Assembly: GCA_035297365.1 (NCBI GenBank)
Contig: DATGZA010000014.1
Location: 192,001 to 256,000 of the forward strand
Direction of reading: 5' to 3'
DNA from: Nitrososphaeraceae archaeon
GTDB lineage: Archaea; Thermoproteota; Nitrososphaeria; Nitrososphaerales; Nitrososphaeraceae
DNA: 64,000 nt
In this document: one piece after another, positions 1 to 10,478 of the stretch
Position numbering within the stretch: the first letter of the stretch is position 1
Layout: every line of letters begins with the position of its first letter
Translations under genes and position numbers: made by a program
The notes under the pieces: generated by a model
What the model saw: the letters and a program-made list of their open reading frames with translations, nothing else
The model's database searches: none
Told to the model about the DNA's origin: nothing

Positions 1-79
1 GTTTGTGGCTTTTGATTAAACCTACAGAACGTGCGTCGTGGACAGTTTTTAAATTTTCGAGTCCATATCTGACAGCCAT
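1..79 (-). CDS. possible 5' end of a gene running off the window (MAVRYGLENLKTVHDARSVGLIKKPQ...)
   Basis: ATG at 79 with open frame to the window edge; no recognisable motif. Confidence 0.3.
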   Translation of the reverse strand, partial: MAVRYGLENLKTVHDARSVGLIKSHK

Positions 80-202
80 ATTTATCGCATTTATTGTTGA
101 TTCATTCTTTCATTAAATACATCTACAAAGAACTATTTCATTTTATTTTCAGGAGATTTCTGTATTAAAATTTATTAAACAATGTAGTTTTAATGTTATT
201 GA

Positions 203-676
203 ATGAGTCTTGATCATGAGGAAGATTCAAATGAGCATGTAAAATCGTGGATGGTTGAATGGGGTAAAATAAATGAAGAATTTGAAGATTATTCAAAGGC
301 ACTTGAACTTTTTAACTCAAAATCCTCTGAGGACGTAATTCTATACGAAGTTCAAAGAACTTTGTCTGACGGTTCTATTGTCAAAAAAGTACCCATTCTT
401 AATACCAAAAAGTCTCGTAAAAGAATGGAGGAGTTGGATAAAAAAAGACAAAAAGAAATCCAAAATCTTAAAAAAGAGGAACAGATTAAAAAGCAAAAAG
501 ATGCCCCACAAAAAAATAGAATTCAAGACATAAAATACAGAATAATCCTTTTGATAGTTATTGTTATTGCATTTTTTATCTTACTTTATATTCTTAGTCA
601 ATTAGTTGCATCCTCCGATACTCTTCATTCTCACGTAATAGGATATGAAATCAAAAGAAATATCTTTGAATATTGA
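203..676 (+). CDS. hypothetical protein with charged coiled-coil region and C-terminal TM helix
   Basis: 157-aa ORF; E/K-rich segment then hydrophobic IILLIVIVIAFFILLYIL. Confidence 0.7.
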   Translation: MSLDHEEDSNEHVKSWMVEWGKINEEFEDYSKALELFNSKSSEDVILYEVQRTLSDGSIVKKVPILNTKKSRKRMEELDKKRQKEIQNLKKEEQIKKQKDAPQKNRIQDIKYRIILLIVIVIAFFILLYILSQLVASSDTLHSHVIGYEIKRNIFEY

Positions 677-724
677 TAATGGGTGAATTATTACAAAATT
701 ATTCTGTATTCTTCTCTTTGTCTT

Positions 725-1519
725 TCATTTTGTAGATATATTAAATATTTCATCAAGTGTGATCGAGTACGGTTTTTTACCGCTTACTTTGAACCTAGTT
801 GAGTTTCCCTTGAAATCAGTCTCTTGAATAAATCCTAATTTCCTAAAAATAGATAAAGCTATTTTTCCCCTTTGTCTATTATTACCGCAAGCAATTCTAT
901 CTTTATCTTGAATATTTTGAAGAATAAACATTCCACCTTTATTTTCATTCGATAGTGAAATAACCGCCCTCCATAGTCGAGAAATATAAGAATTAGGATC
1001 GTGTAGTGATCCCATGTAAATAATTTTTGAACCACCAAGAGATTTTGTAATTAACTGAGCAGCAAAATTCATCCTGTCTGTTTCTTTGAAATAGATTCTA
1101 TACACGCTTTGTTTTTTGAATTGCCTATTTTCTTCATTGTCAAACCAATATGCATATCCAGACGGTTCTGACAAATATGGTTGAACGTATTTTTTATTAT
1201 GTTCTAAATTAATATAATTAACGTTGTTGTGGTCATAATTGATTTTTTCATCTCGAGTTATTTTCTTTTTATCATCGACGTTAATAATTTTCTGTGCATC
1301 ACCTAACCTTTCGAAATTAACTATGTATTTTCTCTTCTTCCTAGATTCGATCAACATAATAATTCCCTCGTCTATCAAATCTCTCAATGCCCTATCTAGG
1401 TTGATATCGTAATGCTTCCCGATTTCTCTCAAAATTTGGTCATGGTACACGGCATTATGTACTCCCTCTCCAATTAATTGATAAAGGAACCACTTCTTCC
1501 AGCCGTCCACATTCAACAT
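725..1519 (-). CDS. hypothetical protein with probable N- and C-terminal winged-helix elements
   Basis: 264-aa ORF; LDRALRDLIDEGII..KRKYIVN and ALSIFRKLGFIQ..TRFKV resemble wHTH helix+wing. Confidence 0.7.
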   Translation of the reverse strand: MLNVDGWKKWFLYQLIGEGVHNAVYHDQILREIGKHYDINLDRALRDLIDEGIIMLIESRKKRKYIVNFERLGDAQKIINVDDKKKITRDEKINYDHNNVNYINLEHNKKYVQPYLSEPSGYAYWFDNEENRQFKKQSVYRIYFKETDRMNFAAQLITKSLGGSKIIYMGSLHDPNSYISRLWRAVISLSNENKGGMFILQNIQDKDRIACGNNRQRGKIALSIFRKLGFIQETDFKGNSTRFKVSGKKPYSITLDEIFNISTK

Positions 1520-1624
1520 TATATAAAAGCTATTTTTTTCGAATATATAAGCATAAACACGGATTATTTAAAAATATTTCAAGATTATGAAATTTATATA
1601 CGATGTGTATATTTTATTCGTAAG

Positions 1625-1969
1625 TTGAACCAATCGCACTCTTATAAACGAAAACGACCCATAGAGAATCTATTTAAAAACGATATCGCTCGGGTATTAG
1701 ATTTGTTTATTTTTAACTCAGAGTTTTCATATTCGACAAAAGAACTAAGTGATTTAACCGAAATCCCATATCAAAAAATCCAAAGGATTTTGATAACATT
1801 GGTGAATAAGAAAATAATTTTAGCTAAAAAATCAGACAACATTAAGAGCTTTTCCATAAACAATAATTCTGAACTTTCAAAAACTCTAATTAGGTTTGTT
1901 CATCAATCAGTTAACATTGAAATTGAACAATTTATTAAAAATTCGCCTTCATTGATAATAAAAAGATAA
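1625..1969 (+). CDS. winged-helix DNA-binding protein
   Basis: ARVLDLFIFNSEFSYSTKELSDLTEIPYQKIQRILITLVNKKII wHTH pattern; TTG at 1625 chosen over 1478 to avoid overlap with the divergent gene. Confidence 0.65.
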   Translation: MNQSHSYKRKRPIENLFKNDIARVLDLFIFNSEFSYSTKELSDLTEIPYQKIQRILITLVNKKIILAKKSDNIKSFSINNNSELSKTLIRFVHQSVNIEIEQFIKNSPSLIIKR

Positions 1970-2365
1970 TGAACTCTTTCTGAATTGTTACCCGAAAGAT
2001 GAATTGATAAAGTTTTGCAAATATTCTTTGCGAAAACCAACAACAGATTAGGTACGATTGATGAGGGGATAAAATAATCAAGTCGTATCTCTTTGTCAGA
2101 ATTTTATAAGAAAATTTTCTTTAATGCCTTTTTTGTAAAATCTCATACAATAATTCCACTAAAAAGATGAGGTATAACGTATGAAATTTAGTAAGATTAA
2201 TTTTATAAGAATTTTGACATGACATTATTATTATTTTATGATTACGTTTACTAAACATAATTGATATCTGGATTATTTTAGCGATCTCGCATAGTTTACG
2301 AATCTCAAATTTATATATTGATGATTTTTAAATTGATTTAATTATGAGGATTTTCCATTAAAGAT

Positions 2366-2542
2366 ATGCCCCTCATCACCGTATCTATGTATCCAGGAAG
2401 ATCGGAAGATCAAAAAAAAGAATTTGCAAAAGAGGTTACGGATATGGCTGTAAAAATTCTCAAAACAAAAGCAGAACATGTTATTGTGGTTTTTGATGAG
2501 AATCCAAAAGAAAATTGGTATTTGTCAGGAAACAACCTCTGA
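2366..2542 (+). CDS. 4-oxalocrotonate tautomerase family protein (58 aa, not in ORF track)
   Basis: MPLITVSMYPGRSEDQKKEFAKEVTDMAVKILKTKAEHVIVVFDENPKENWYLSGNNL; catalytic Pro1, GRSxxQK and ENW signatures. Confidence 0.9.
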   Translation: MPLITVSMYPGRSEDQKKEFAKEVTDMAVKILKTKAEHVIVVFDENPKENWYLSGNNL

Positions 2543-2619
2543 TATTAAATATTGGATAAAAAATAAAAATATTTTTTCTAATATTTTTTGCTACTTAAGT
2601 CTTTATTTGATTTATCTCA

Positions 2620-3591
2620 TTATCGCTGTGTTTCGTGTATTTTTTCGATATTTTCTAATCCTGGTAAAGCCTTTATTTCTTTACATCTTTTTCTCAATGA
2701 AACTGTAGAAATATCAGCTACTTGACATATCTCAACTTGTCTAATGAATTCGTCACATATTTGAGATGCCAAATATATTACTGCACCTGCAATCGCTCTT
2801 GGGTTTTTTCCTATTGATATCCCCCTTTGTTCTACATGACCGAAGATTTGTAATGCTTCTCTTTTGGTTTTCTCACTAAGTTTTAGTCTGTTAGATATTA
2901 TTGTAACATAATCTGGTCCTTTAGTTGCAGGAATGTTAAGATCTAATTCATTTAAAATCAATTTATAATGGGACATCAATTCCTTGCTGGTTATGTTACA
3001 AATTTCAGATACATCGAGAATAGTTTTTGGTGTTGAAGCCTCTCGACACGCTGCATACAATGAAGCTCCAACCAATCCTATTGTCGATCTACCCTTTGCC
3101 AATTTTTTTACTGCTGCTTTTCTATAGATGTATGCAGCACTTTCAATAACTGCTTGACTAAGACATAATTTATCACCAAAGTTATTCAGATATTTCAGGG
3201 CTTTTTCTAGATTTCTTGATACAGAATCATTTAATTGAGATCTGCTGTTCCATGTACGGAGTCTCTGAATCTCCATTCTTTGTTTTGGTTGTAATACTTT
3301 GCCCCTTGCGTCAGTGTCACCCATTCCTATCAAAGTTGATAATCCTTTATGATGAACTGCTAATGATTCTGGCATTCCTGTTCTGAACCTGTCATTAAAA
3401 TCTGATTGCATAATATAGCCCTGAATAGTTTCATTGTTCAGAGAATCATTACTTAAAACATAACCACAAGATGAACAAACAAATTCGTTTGCAGAATTAT
3501 CAAAAATAATGGCATCTTTTTGGCAATTTTCACAATATGCCGGATTATTTGTATTTGGCTTTGTATATTCTTCTTGCTTCCTATATTCCAC
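2620..3591 (-). CDS. tfb: transcription initiation factor IIB (TFB)
   Basis: Zn ribbon CENC...CSSCG, B-reader RTGMP...GLST, RLRTW, two cyclin folds with GRS and GKNP motifs. Confidence 0.95.
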   Translation of the reverse strand: MEYRKQEEYTKPNTNNPAYCENCQKDAIIFDNSANEFVCSSCGYVLSNDSLNNETIQGYIMQSDFNDRFRTGMPESLAVHHKGLSTLIGMGDTDARGKVLQPKQRMEIQRLRTWNSRSQLNDSVSRNLEKALKYLNNFGDKLCLSQAVIESAAYIYRKAAVKKLAKGRSTIGLVGASLYAACREASTPKTILDVSEICNITSKELMSHYKLILNELDLNIPATKGPDYVTIISNRLKLSEKTKREALQIFGHVEQRGISIGKNPRAIAGAVIYLASQICDEFIRQVEICQVADISTVSLRKRCKEIKALPGLENIEKIHETQR

Positions 3592-3912
3592 TAAGTTTTC
3601 ATAGTATGCAATTATTTTATTTATACGTTTTCTAGAAATTCGATAAATAGGGAAAATTACTAGCCATATTAAGAAATCTCTCGATAATATAGATTTGGGT
3701 AATAATCTCTAATGAATATATATTATATTCTAAAGAAATCTAACTTTTATTAATAATAATGTATGTGTTTTGTTTTATTTATGAATATTGCTAATTTTTG
3801 TTATGCATTTTTTTTATATAACAATGATCAATTTTCTTCCCAGTTTCCCTCGTATTCCAACACAACGTTAATCAAACCCTGTATGCATGAATCATTTTGA
3901 TAAGACGTTTTT

Positions 3913-3986
3913 GCCTTGATAGCTCAGCCTGGTAGAGCGTTTCCTTGGTAAGGAAAAGGTCGCGGGATCGAATCCCGCTCAAGGCT
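3913..3986 (+). tRNA. tRNA-Thr(GGT), intron-less, CCA not encoded
   Basis: GCCTTGA/TCAAGGC acceptor stem, AGCTCAGCCTGGTAGAGC D-arm, TTTCC-TTGGTAA-GGAAA anticodon arm, GCGGG-ATCGAAT-CCCGC T-arm. Confidence 0.97.
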
Positions 3987-4076
3987 TTTCATTTTCGTCA
4001 AACTACGATGAATTTCAGAAGAATGGTGTGAAAAATATAATGATTTCAGATAACTTAAGAAATCCTCATAATTCAA

Positions 4077-4117
4077 CCTTACCAAAAACAGTAAGAGCCT
4101 TACCAAATATAGTAAGA
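4077..4117. repeat. 21-bp-period tandem repeat, each unit CTTAC-N8-GTAAG
   Basis: ccttaccaaaaacagtaaga / ccttaccaaatatagtaaga. Confidence 0.75.
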
Positions 4118-4136
4118 TTTCAGAACCAAGGAAACG

Positions 4137-6659
4137 CTATATACGGTTATCTAGAATCGATAAATAATAAATAGTTGAATTAATGATATAGATCTGACTA
4201 TTATATTTACCTATGATTTCAGCACCAGTTCCGATTATAATGTTATTTGAAATAACTTTATTAGAAGTACCATCTATTATAGTAATTGTATTTCCTATAT
4301 TTACATATAATAAATTATTCATAGTATCATAATACAAATTATGTACAGGTTCACCTATGGGTAAACCTCCTCCTACTTCAATTGTTTTTACAATGGAATT
4401 GTCTGTGGAATTAATTACATAAATGATATTATTAAGAAAGCTACTGACATATACAAGATTGTTATATGAATTAATAGCTAACAAATCTATATAATTTTCC
4501 ACTGGGATAGTGAATATAATAGTGTTATCTGTAGAATTTACAACATAAATAATTTTGGTATGGAAAGGAGTAACATATAGAAGATTATTATTCGGATTAA
4601 GCGCTAATTCGGTTGGCTTGTCACCTACATTAATTGTATCAATAATAGAATTATCAGTAGAATTTACAACTGATATTGTCTTACTATCTGTGTTAGCAAC
4701 ATATAGAAGATTGTTGTTCGGATTAAGCGCTAAGTCGCTTGGCTTGTCACCCGCATTAATTGTATCAATAATAGAAATGTCAGTGGAATTGACTATAGAA
4801 ATAGTGTTATCTTCTTTACTAACAATATATAAGATATTGTTGTTATTATTAAATAATAGTTTATTAGGATTATTGAGTTTAATTTTTTCTAATGCTGAGC
4901 CATCCGTCGCGTTTCTAATAGAGACAGTGTCTGCTATATCATGAGAAGTAAGTGTATAAACATAATTATTTAGAGGGTTAACTATAATATCTATTACGTT
5001 TGTATAGGTTATCCAACTTTTCAAAATAGAATTATCAGTTGTATTTATTATAGTTACAGTGTTGTTACCAGAGTTAGCAACATATAGTAGATTGTTGTTT
5101 GGGTTAATGTCTAACTCTATTGGAGATTTACCTACTGTGATTGTGTCTACCACTGAATTTGTTGTAGAATTTATTACTGATACAGTGTCATTTTCAGAGT
5201 TAACAACGTATAGGTGATTGTTGTTCCTATTGACAGTTAGATCTGAAACCTTATTTGTTTTGATTGTATCTATAACGGTATTGTCTGTAGAGTTCAATAC
5301 AGTTACAGTATTGTTACCAGAATTAGCAACATAAAGTAGATTGTTATTTGGGTTAATGGCTAATTCTTTTGGAGAATTACCTACTGTGATTGTGTCTATA
5401 ATGGAAAAATCTGTTGAGTTCAATACAGTTACAGTGTTATTTTTAAAGTTAGAGGTATATATTATGTCACTATTATTGTTTATTTCAATATCCGTAATAG
5501 GTATATTGAAAATAGGTTCTTCATCTAACACAAGAGCATTTATAATATCGCCTATGGGATTATGTGAATAAATATCATACTCGAAAGATATTGTTCTACT
5601 CCAATCAACTGTATACATTAAATCTGTAATATTGTTAAATACTAGATCTCGAATCCTACTATCGAGTTTTATATAATGTATGTTGTTATCAACAGGATTA
5701 ATTATACTAATGGTAAAAGGTAAATCAGCTAAATAAATTCTGTCATTAAATACTTCAATAGCAGAAGTTTCACCTTTCAACAAAATATCAAAGGTTTTAT
5801 TCGGATTTGTTAAATCAACAAGAGAAAGAAAACTGCCTCCTCCATCCTCGCTTAAGACATACAATATATTGTTTGTAGTATCAATCGCTAATTCCATAGG
5901 TTCAAAGTGTAGCTTGAGTGTATCTACAATTGTATTATTTGTAGAGTTGACGACAGAAATTGTTTGGTTATAAAAACTAGATACATAGAGAAGGTTATTT
6001 GAATTAATAGATAAATCAGTTATTCCCACGTCAACTGGTATAGTGTCTATAACAGAGTTTGTGGTAGAATTCACGACAGAGATATTATTTCCCTCAAAAG
6101 TAGCAACATAGAGTAGATTGTTGTTTGGGTTAATAGCTAATTCTGTTGGAGACTCAGCTATTGTGATTGTTTTTATAATAGAGTTATTAGTCGAGTCTAT
6201 GATAGAAATCGTGTTGTTACCAGAGTTAGCAACATAGAGTAAATTGTTGTTTGGGTTAATAGCTAATTCTGTTGGAGAATTACCTACTGTGATTGTGTCT
6301 ATAACAGAGTTTGTTGTAGTATTAATAACAGAAGTAGTCTTATCATCAAAATTAGCAACATATAGTAGATTGTTATTTGGGTTAATAGCTAATTCTGTTG
6401 GAGATTTACCTACTCTAATTGTATCTATAACAGAGTTCGTTGTAGAGTTGATGACTGAAACAATACCTTCTTCTTCGAAGGGACCTGGTACTGTAGAACT
6501 CGAATAAATATAGCCATTATTGCCATGTAGAATAGAATGAATTTCTACTGAATTATCAATCGTGATAGTATTTTCTAACAGTGCTGATTCCGATTCGGGT
6601 ACTAAGATACTAATAAATAAAATAAAAAAACTTAAATAAAAAAAATACCTGACCTTCAA
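4137..6659 (-). CDS. secreted YVTN/YncE-type beta-propeller repeat protein
   Basis: signal peptide; many PTELAINPNNNLLYVAN..NTVSVIN..TNSVIDTI.VG repeats. Confidence 0.92.
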   Translation of the reverse strand: MKVRYFFYLSFFILFISILVPESESALLENTITIDNSVEIHSILHGNNGYIYSSSTVPGPFEEEGIVSVINSTTNSVIDTIRVGKSPTELAINPNNNLLYVANFDDKTTSVINTTTNSVIDTITVGNSPTELAINPNNNLLYVANSGNNTISIIDSTNNSIIKTITIAESPTELAINPNNNLLYVATFEGNNISVVNSTTNSVIDTIPVDVGITDLSINSNNLLYVSSFYNQTISVVNSTNNTIVDTLKLHFEPMELAIDTTNNILYVLSEDGGGSFLSLVDLTNPNKTFDILLKGETSAIEVFNDRIYLADLPFTISIINPVDNNIHYIKLDSRIRDLVFNNITDLMYTVDWSRTISFEYDIYSHNPIGDIINALVLDEEPIFNIPITDIEINNNSDIIYTSNFKNNTVTVLNSTDFSIIDTITVGNSPKELAINPNNNLLYVANSGNNTVTVLNSTDNTVIDTIKTNKVSDLTVNRNNNHLYVVNSENDTVSVINSTTNSVVDTITVGKSPIELDINPNNNLLYVANSGNNTVTIINTTDNSILKSWITYTNVIDIIVNPLNNYVYTLTSHDIADTVSIRNATDGSALEKIKLNNPNKLLFNNNNNILYIVSKEDNTISIVNSTDISIIDTINAGDKPSDLALNPNNNLLYVANTDSKTISVVNSTDNSIIDTINVGDKPTELALNPNNNLLYVTPFHTKIIYVVNSTDNTIIFTIPVENYIDLLAINSYNNLVYVSSFLNNIIYVINSTDNSIVKTIEVGGGLPIGEPVHNLYYDTMNNLLYVNIGNTITIIDGTSNKVISNNIIIGTGAEIIGKYNSQIYIINSTIYYLSILDNRI

Positions 6660-6855
6660 TAATTTTAAATAATCTAAGTTATTTAAAAAGAATTTGATTA
6701 TATTTGTTATTTTGGTGTATTTTGAGCATTTATTTGTCGAAAATTTGAATTATTTAGAATTACCTTAATTTTTTAGAATTAAAGTCTTTCACAGTCTTTT
6801 GAAAAGATAGGCTATAGTAGGATCTTTTATATTAACATAAATAACAGTAAAAATA

Positions 6856-7115
6856 ATGAATAAGAGACTTGTATTACTTAACAAGTCTGAACTGAATTAC
6901 ATTCTTGAAAATAAGAAATTCTCAAGTCATTTGAATATAAAATAAAAAGCCAGTTAAAAAAGAAGATTTTAATATTCCTAGAAAATGAATTTCCTTTATT
7001 ATTGCAATCGGGTTTTATTGATGTTAATAAACTGCTAGCCTATATAAATAATAATATGTTACTAAATCGTGGTAAGGAAAAGGTCGTGGGATCGAATGCC
7101 GCTCAAGGCTACTAA
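6856..7115 (+). pseudogene. frameshifted ORF reading into the tRNA-Thr fragment; putative Int(N) of a split SSV-type integrase
   Basis: MNKRLVLLNKSELNYILENKKFS / FEYKIKSQLKKKILIFLENEFPLLLQSGF...NRGKEKVVGSNAAQGY*; homologous to 17963-18288. Confidence 0.6.
7070..7110 (+). repeat. tRNA-Thr 3'-half copy (att-like)
   Basis: 39/41 identical to 3946-3986. Confidence 0.92.
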
Positions 7116-7689
7116 TAACACATTTAAGCCTATAACAATAGTCCATATTCAAGAATTATTTGATTTTAACGAAATCCATTTACAAGTTCTTAGCAATATA
7201 AAGTCATTATTTTACATGTCCACAAATAGACTCAATATAGTTGGAGAGCGTGGTATAACAAGCGCGTTAGATATAGAATTTGCTAGAGTCAACGGGGTCA
7301 TTTGCATCAATTTTCTGAAGAGGTTAAGCATTATCATTTTTTAGGCACCGAAAAAGTTTTCAATCAAAATTATTCTGTTAATAATTTCAATCAAGTTTTA
7401 TCTCATTACCTTTGCTTTTTGATTAATTTAAACATATATGTCGAAGTAATGATAGAAGATATTGCCAAAGAGATCAATCCAAAAATAGTAGTTACCATTA
7501 GAGCAATATTGTTATTTAATGTTAATGAAATTATAACTACGAAAGTATAATTGTTACTAGAACAGTATAGAATTCAAAATTAAAATCTATTCTCTTTCTA
7601 CTATAAAGTTGTAACAACAATACAAAAGGTGATAAATATATATGCTTAGCAAAGAACTTGCGATAAAACCCGAGGTTATTCAAATTTAA

Positions 7690-8051
7690 GTCGTATAGAT
7701 ATGGAAATATAACTACAAACTTTCATGATCCTATAGAACTAAATCTGCCAGAAGGTTACCGGGACCAAATTCGTTTGGCTGTAGCATCCGTAGTAATACC
7801 TGCTCTCATAGGATGCTAATACCTAGCATGTTTGGTTTCATAAACGGAAGAAGGCGAAGATGGTCTATGAGAGAAAATATAAAAAAATACTAAAAATACA
7901 AAACACACAATATGATTATGAAAATTTTAGAAGAGATCTTTCAGTAATTCAAAAAGATGTAATTACAAAATTGACCGTGGAAAAAATAAGTGATTCTCAA
8001 TACGAAATATTGAATACTAAGATAGACAATTTACCTAATGAGAAAGATTAG
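7690..8051 (+). pseudogene. remnant of a membrane-anchor C-terminal region like that of Nitrososphaera YncE-type proteins
   Basis: frameshifted YGNITTNF..IPALIG/LIPSMFGFINGRRRR...KISDSQYEILNTKI; family resemblance from memory only. Confidence 0.45.
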
Positions 8052-8790
8052 CGATTATTGTTGTACGAAACGCCTTATACAAATATCTTATTTGTGGCGC
8101 AGGATGAGCAACTTTTTTTATATATCTTACTTTCTTGTTATCCCCTATTAACTGAAGTGAATTGTCCATACATTAGAATGATATTAGATATTAATAATAT
8201 TTTCATTCTATATTTCGATTAGAAGAGATATATACTTTGCAATATGGTTTATAATATATTAAACATATCTGCGAATGTTTCACTGTTATTAAACAATCGC
8301 ATCTTATAACTATATTGGTCTAAATTCAGAATCATGTCCTTCTTAGAGAAACATGTTTTTAGAGGTGCAAAATCTTTTTCTATTGTTAAGAGAATAGAGA
8401 AGTATGTTCAAGTTAACTAAATTCAACATGTGTATCATAGGAATGATTGTAGGAGCAACTCTAATTGCAACACTGCCTTTTATTGGACTGACGTGTAGAT
8501 GGTGTTAGAATCATGCTAAGAAAGATGAGTAGGTAACAAATATAATCTACTCAACAAGAGATCGATACGTCTAGCTATATTTCATAGATTATAAGTAATC
8601 TAAGTTGATACATATAGTCAACATGATGAAAAAGTTTTACCTCCCGTACTACCAAATATCATAAATAATACAAATGATATATAATTATATCATCACACGA
8701 AGAAAACGATGTGACGATAATAGGATGGACAGAATCTGAGTTATATCTTTACATCTTATTTGATAATGCCATGAAATATTCCATTCCTAT

Positions 8791-8810
8791 TTTTTTCGGC
8801 GCCGAAAAAA
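8791..8810. promoter_or_regulatory. perfect 20-bp palindrome upstream of the CARDB-domain gene
   Basis: TTTTTTCGGCGCCGAAAAAA followed by TATATAA. Confidence 0.45.
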
Positions 8811-8891
8811 TATATAATCAAATAAAGCAGCATTGGATGGTGACAAAGTAAAAAGGTGCAAAAATTTTAAATATTATTATACTAATTCCAG

Positions 8892-9737
8892 ATGATTATG
8901 AAATTTAATTACATTGTTTCAATGTCTATTGCATTGGTAGCGGTCATAGGTTCTGTTACCCAATTTGCCTTAGCGCAGGAAGATTCTTCTGTATCAGACA
9001 TTTATAAAAATAAGATTATGTATTCTGTAAAATTCATTTGTATTCCATCAGTGGGTCCAGATAAAGAAGGCGTCTTTATGCCCCAAAATTACAGTACTGT
9101 AATAAATGTGCATAATCCATCCAGTCATAACCTTACCCTCTTTAAAAAAGCAGTAATAGCACAAAGTGAAGATGAACAGAGAGGACCTATATCCAAATTC
9201 CATAAAGATTTTCTAGCAGTTGATCAAGCACTCTCGATAAACTGTTGGGATATTTTCGATTTATTTAATCATACATCTTCATTTGGAGACGGCTTTGTAG
9301 TTCTTTTATCAAATGAAAAACTAGATGTGTCTTCAGTATATACTACAATGAATTCAATAGATGTAGAATATATTAAACCTACTATAACGAATGCGTCGGG
9401 TAAACTTCCTGATTTGACTATAGAGATACTTGGTTTTGCAAACAATTGTGGACAAAATGGTTGTAGTGTTGACGTAGATATGAAAGTAAATAATTTGTCT
9501 ACTGAAACAGTATCTACTCCTTTTAATATTGAAACAACAACAAGCAACGGTTTTTCTAATATTCAAACAATTCCCTCAATTTCTGGAGGTGGAAGTCAGA
9601 TACTTTTTGCGAAGTTAGGTCCAGGTAGTAATTGCCATAGCCCAGATTGCACCGTTAACGCTTTTGTAGATAGTTCTAATGTAATAATTGAGAGTAACGA
9701 AAATAATAACAAAGATTCAGTGACGTCACCTGGATAA
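8892..9737 (+). CDS. secreted protein with C-terminal CARDB-like domain
   Basis: signal peptide; LPDLTI...VDSSNVIIESNENNN CARDB signature. Confidence 0.85.
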   Translation: MIMKFNYIVSMSIALVAVIGSVTQFALAQEDSSVSDIYKNKIMYSVKFICIPSVGPDKEGVFMPQNYSTVINVHNPSSHNLTLFKKAVIAQSEDEQRGPISKFHKDFLAVDQALSINCWDIFDLFNHTSSFGDGFVVLLSNEKLDVSSVYTTMNSIDVEYIKPTITNASGKLPDLTIEILGFANNCGQNGCSVDVDMKVNNLSTETVSTPFNIETTTSNGFSNIQTIPSISGGGSQILFAKLGPGSNCHSPDCTVNAFVDSSNVIIESNENNNKDSVTSPG

Positions 9738-10167
9738 CAAAATTATTATTTTCTATTTTAATAAGTTCATCAGGCAGTTTTAGAATGCAATTTTCCATAT
9801 GTATTTTAGAACTAAATATAGGTTGAAAAATACAAAGGAACAACAACAAAGTGGGCTCTGTTTTATAGTTGGGGCAGCAATTGCAAGAATAGAGGAGCTA
9901 TTCATAATACTTCGTCTTAGCATTTTCATTTTCTGTTAACGTATTACTAAAACAAGATTGAATCAGTTTTTCTTCTTATTACTGCAAAACCAGCATTTAT
10001 GTCGCAATATACGAGAAGCAGAAAGATTTTGATATTTAAAAGCTGTAGTTTGAATTTATATGTCATTTTATCGAGAGAAATTTTTATAATTGTATCTACT
10101 TATATAAGTCCTGGGAGTATGGAAAACTTATATTGTTGTCGAGATTTGAAAGAGAGATATTAAAAAA

Positions 10168-10478
10168 ATGGGGAAGATTGTAAAGGTTGTAGGTTGGTTT
10201 TTTGGAATTCTCATTTTTCTGTTTGGTCTACTGATATTCGGCAACACCTTGTTGAGTCTAGGAGACGCAGCAACTCCAATCCTGGGTGCTTATTGATAAT
10301 GCTTATAGGAGCTCTAGCATGTTATCGAGCTAGTAGATCTGGCAGAAAGAAGGATGTGACATATCATGGAGTCAATAGATCAAGTGCAACCAACAATTTA
10401 GAAGAGATGCAAGAAGAGAAGATAGAATGAGAAATTGACCTAGAAAAGGAAAGAAGTAAAATAATGGAGATGCTATGA
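10168..10478 (+). pseudogene. frameshifted two-TM protein with charged tail; apparent paralog of 14781-15092
   Basis: MGKIVKVVGWFFGILIFLFGLLI...PILG / LLIMLIGALACYRASRS...EEMQEEKIE*EIDLEKERSK. Confidence 0.5.

Noticed and set aside
2478-2708. 76-aa ORF
   Set aside because: Overlaps the tautomerase in another frame and the TFB 3' end
3924-4106. 60-aa minus-strand ORF
   Set aside because: Antisense to the tRNA-Thr gene
4137-6659. Regularly spaced DNA repeats resembling an array
   Set aside because: In-frame YVTN propeller repeats, not CRISPR; no cas genes in the window
7069-7344. ORF MVRKRSWDRMPLK...
   Set aside because: Alternative-frame reading of the tRNA fragment; no coding signature
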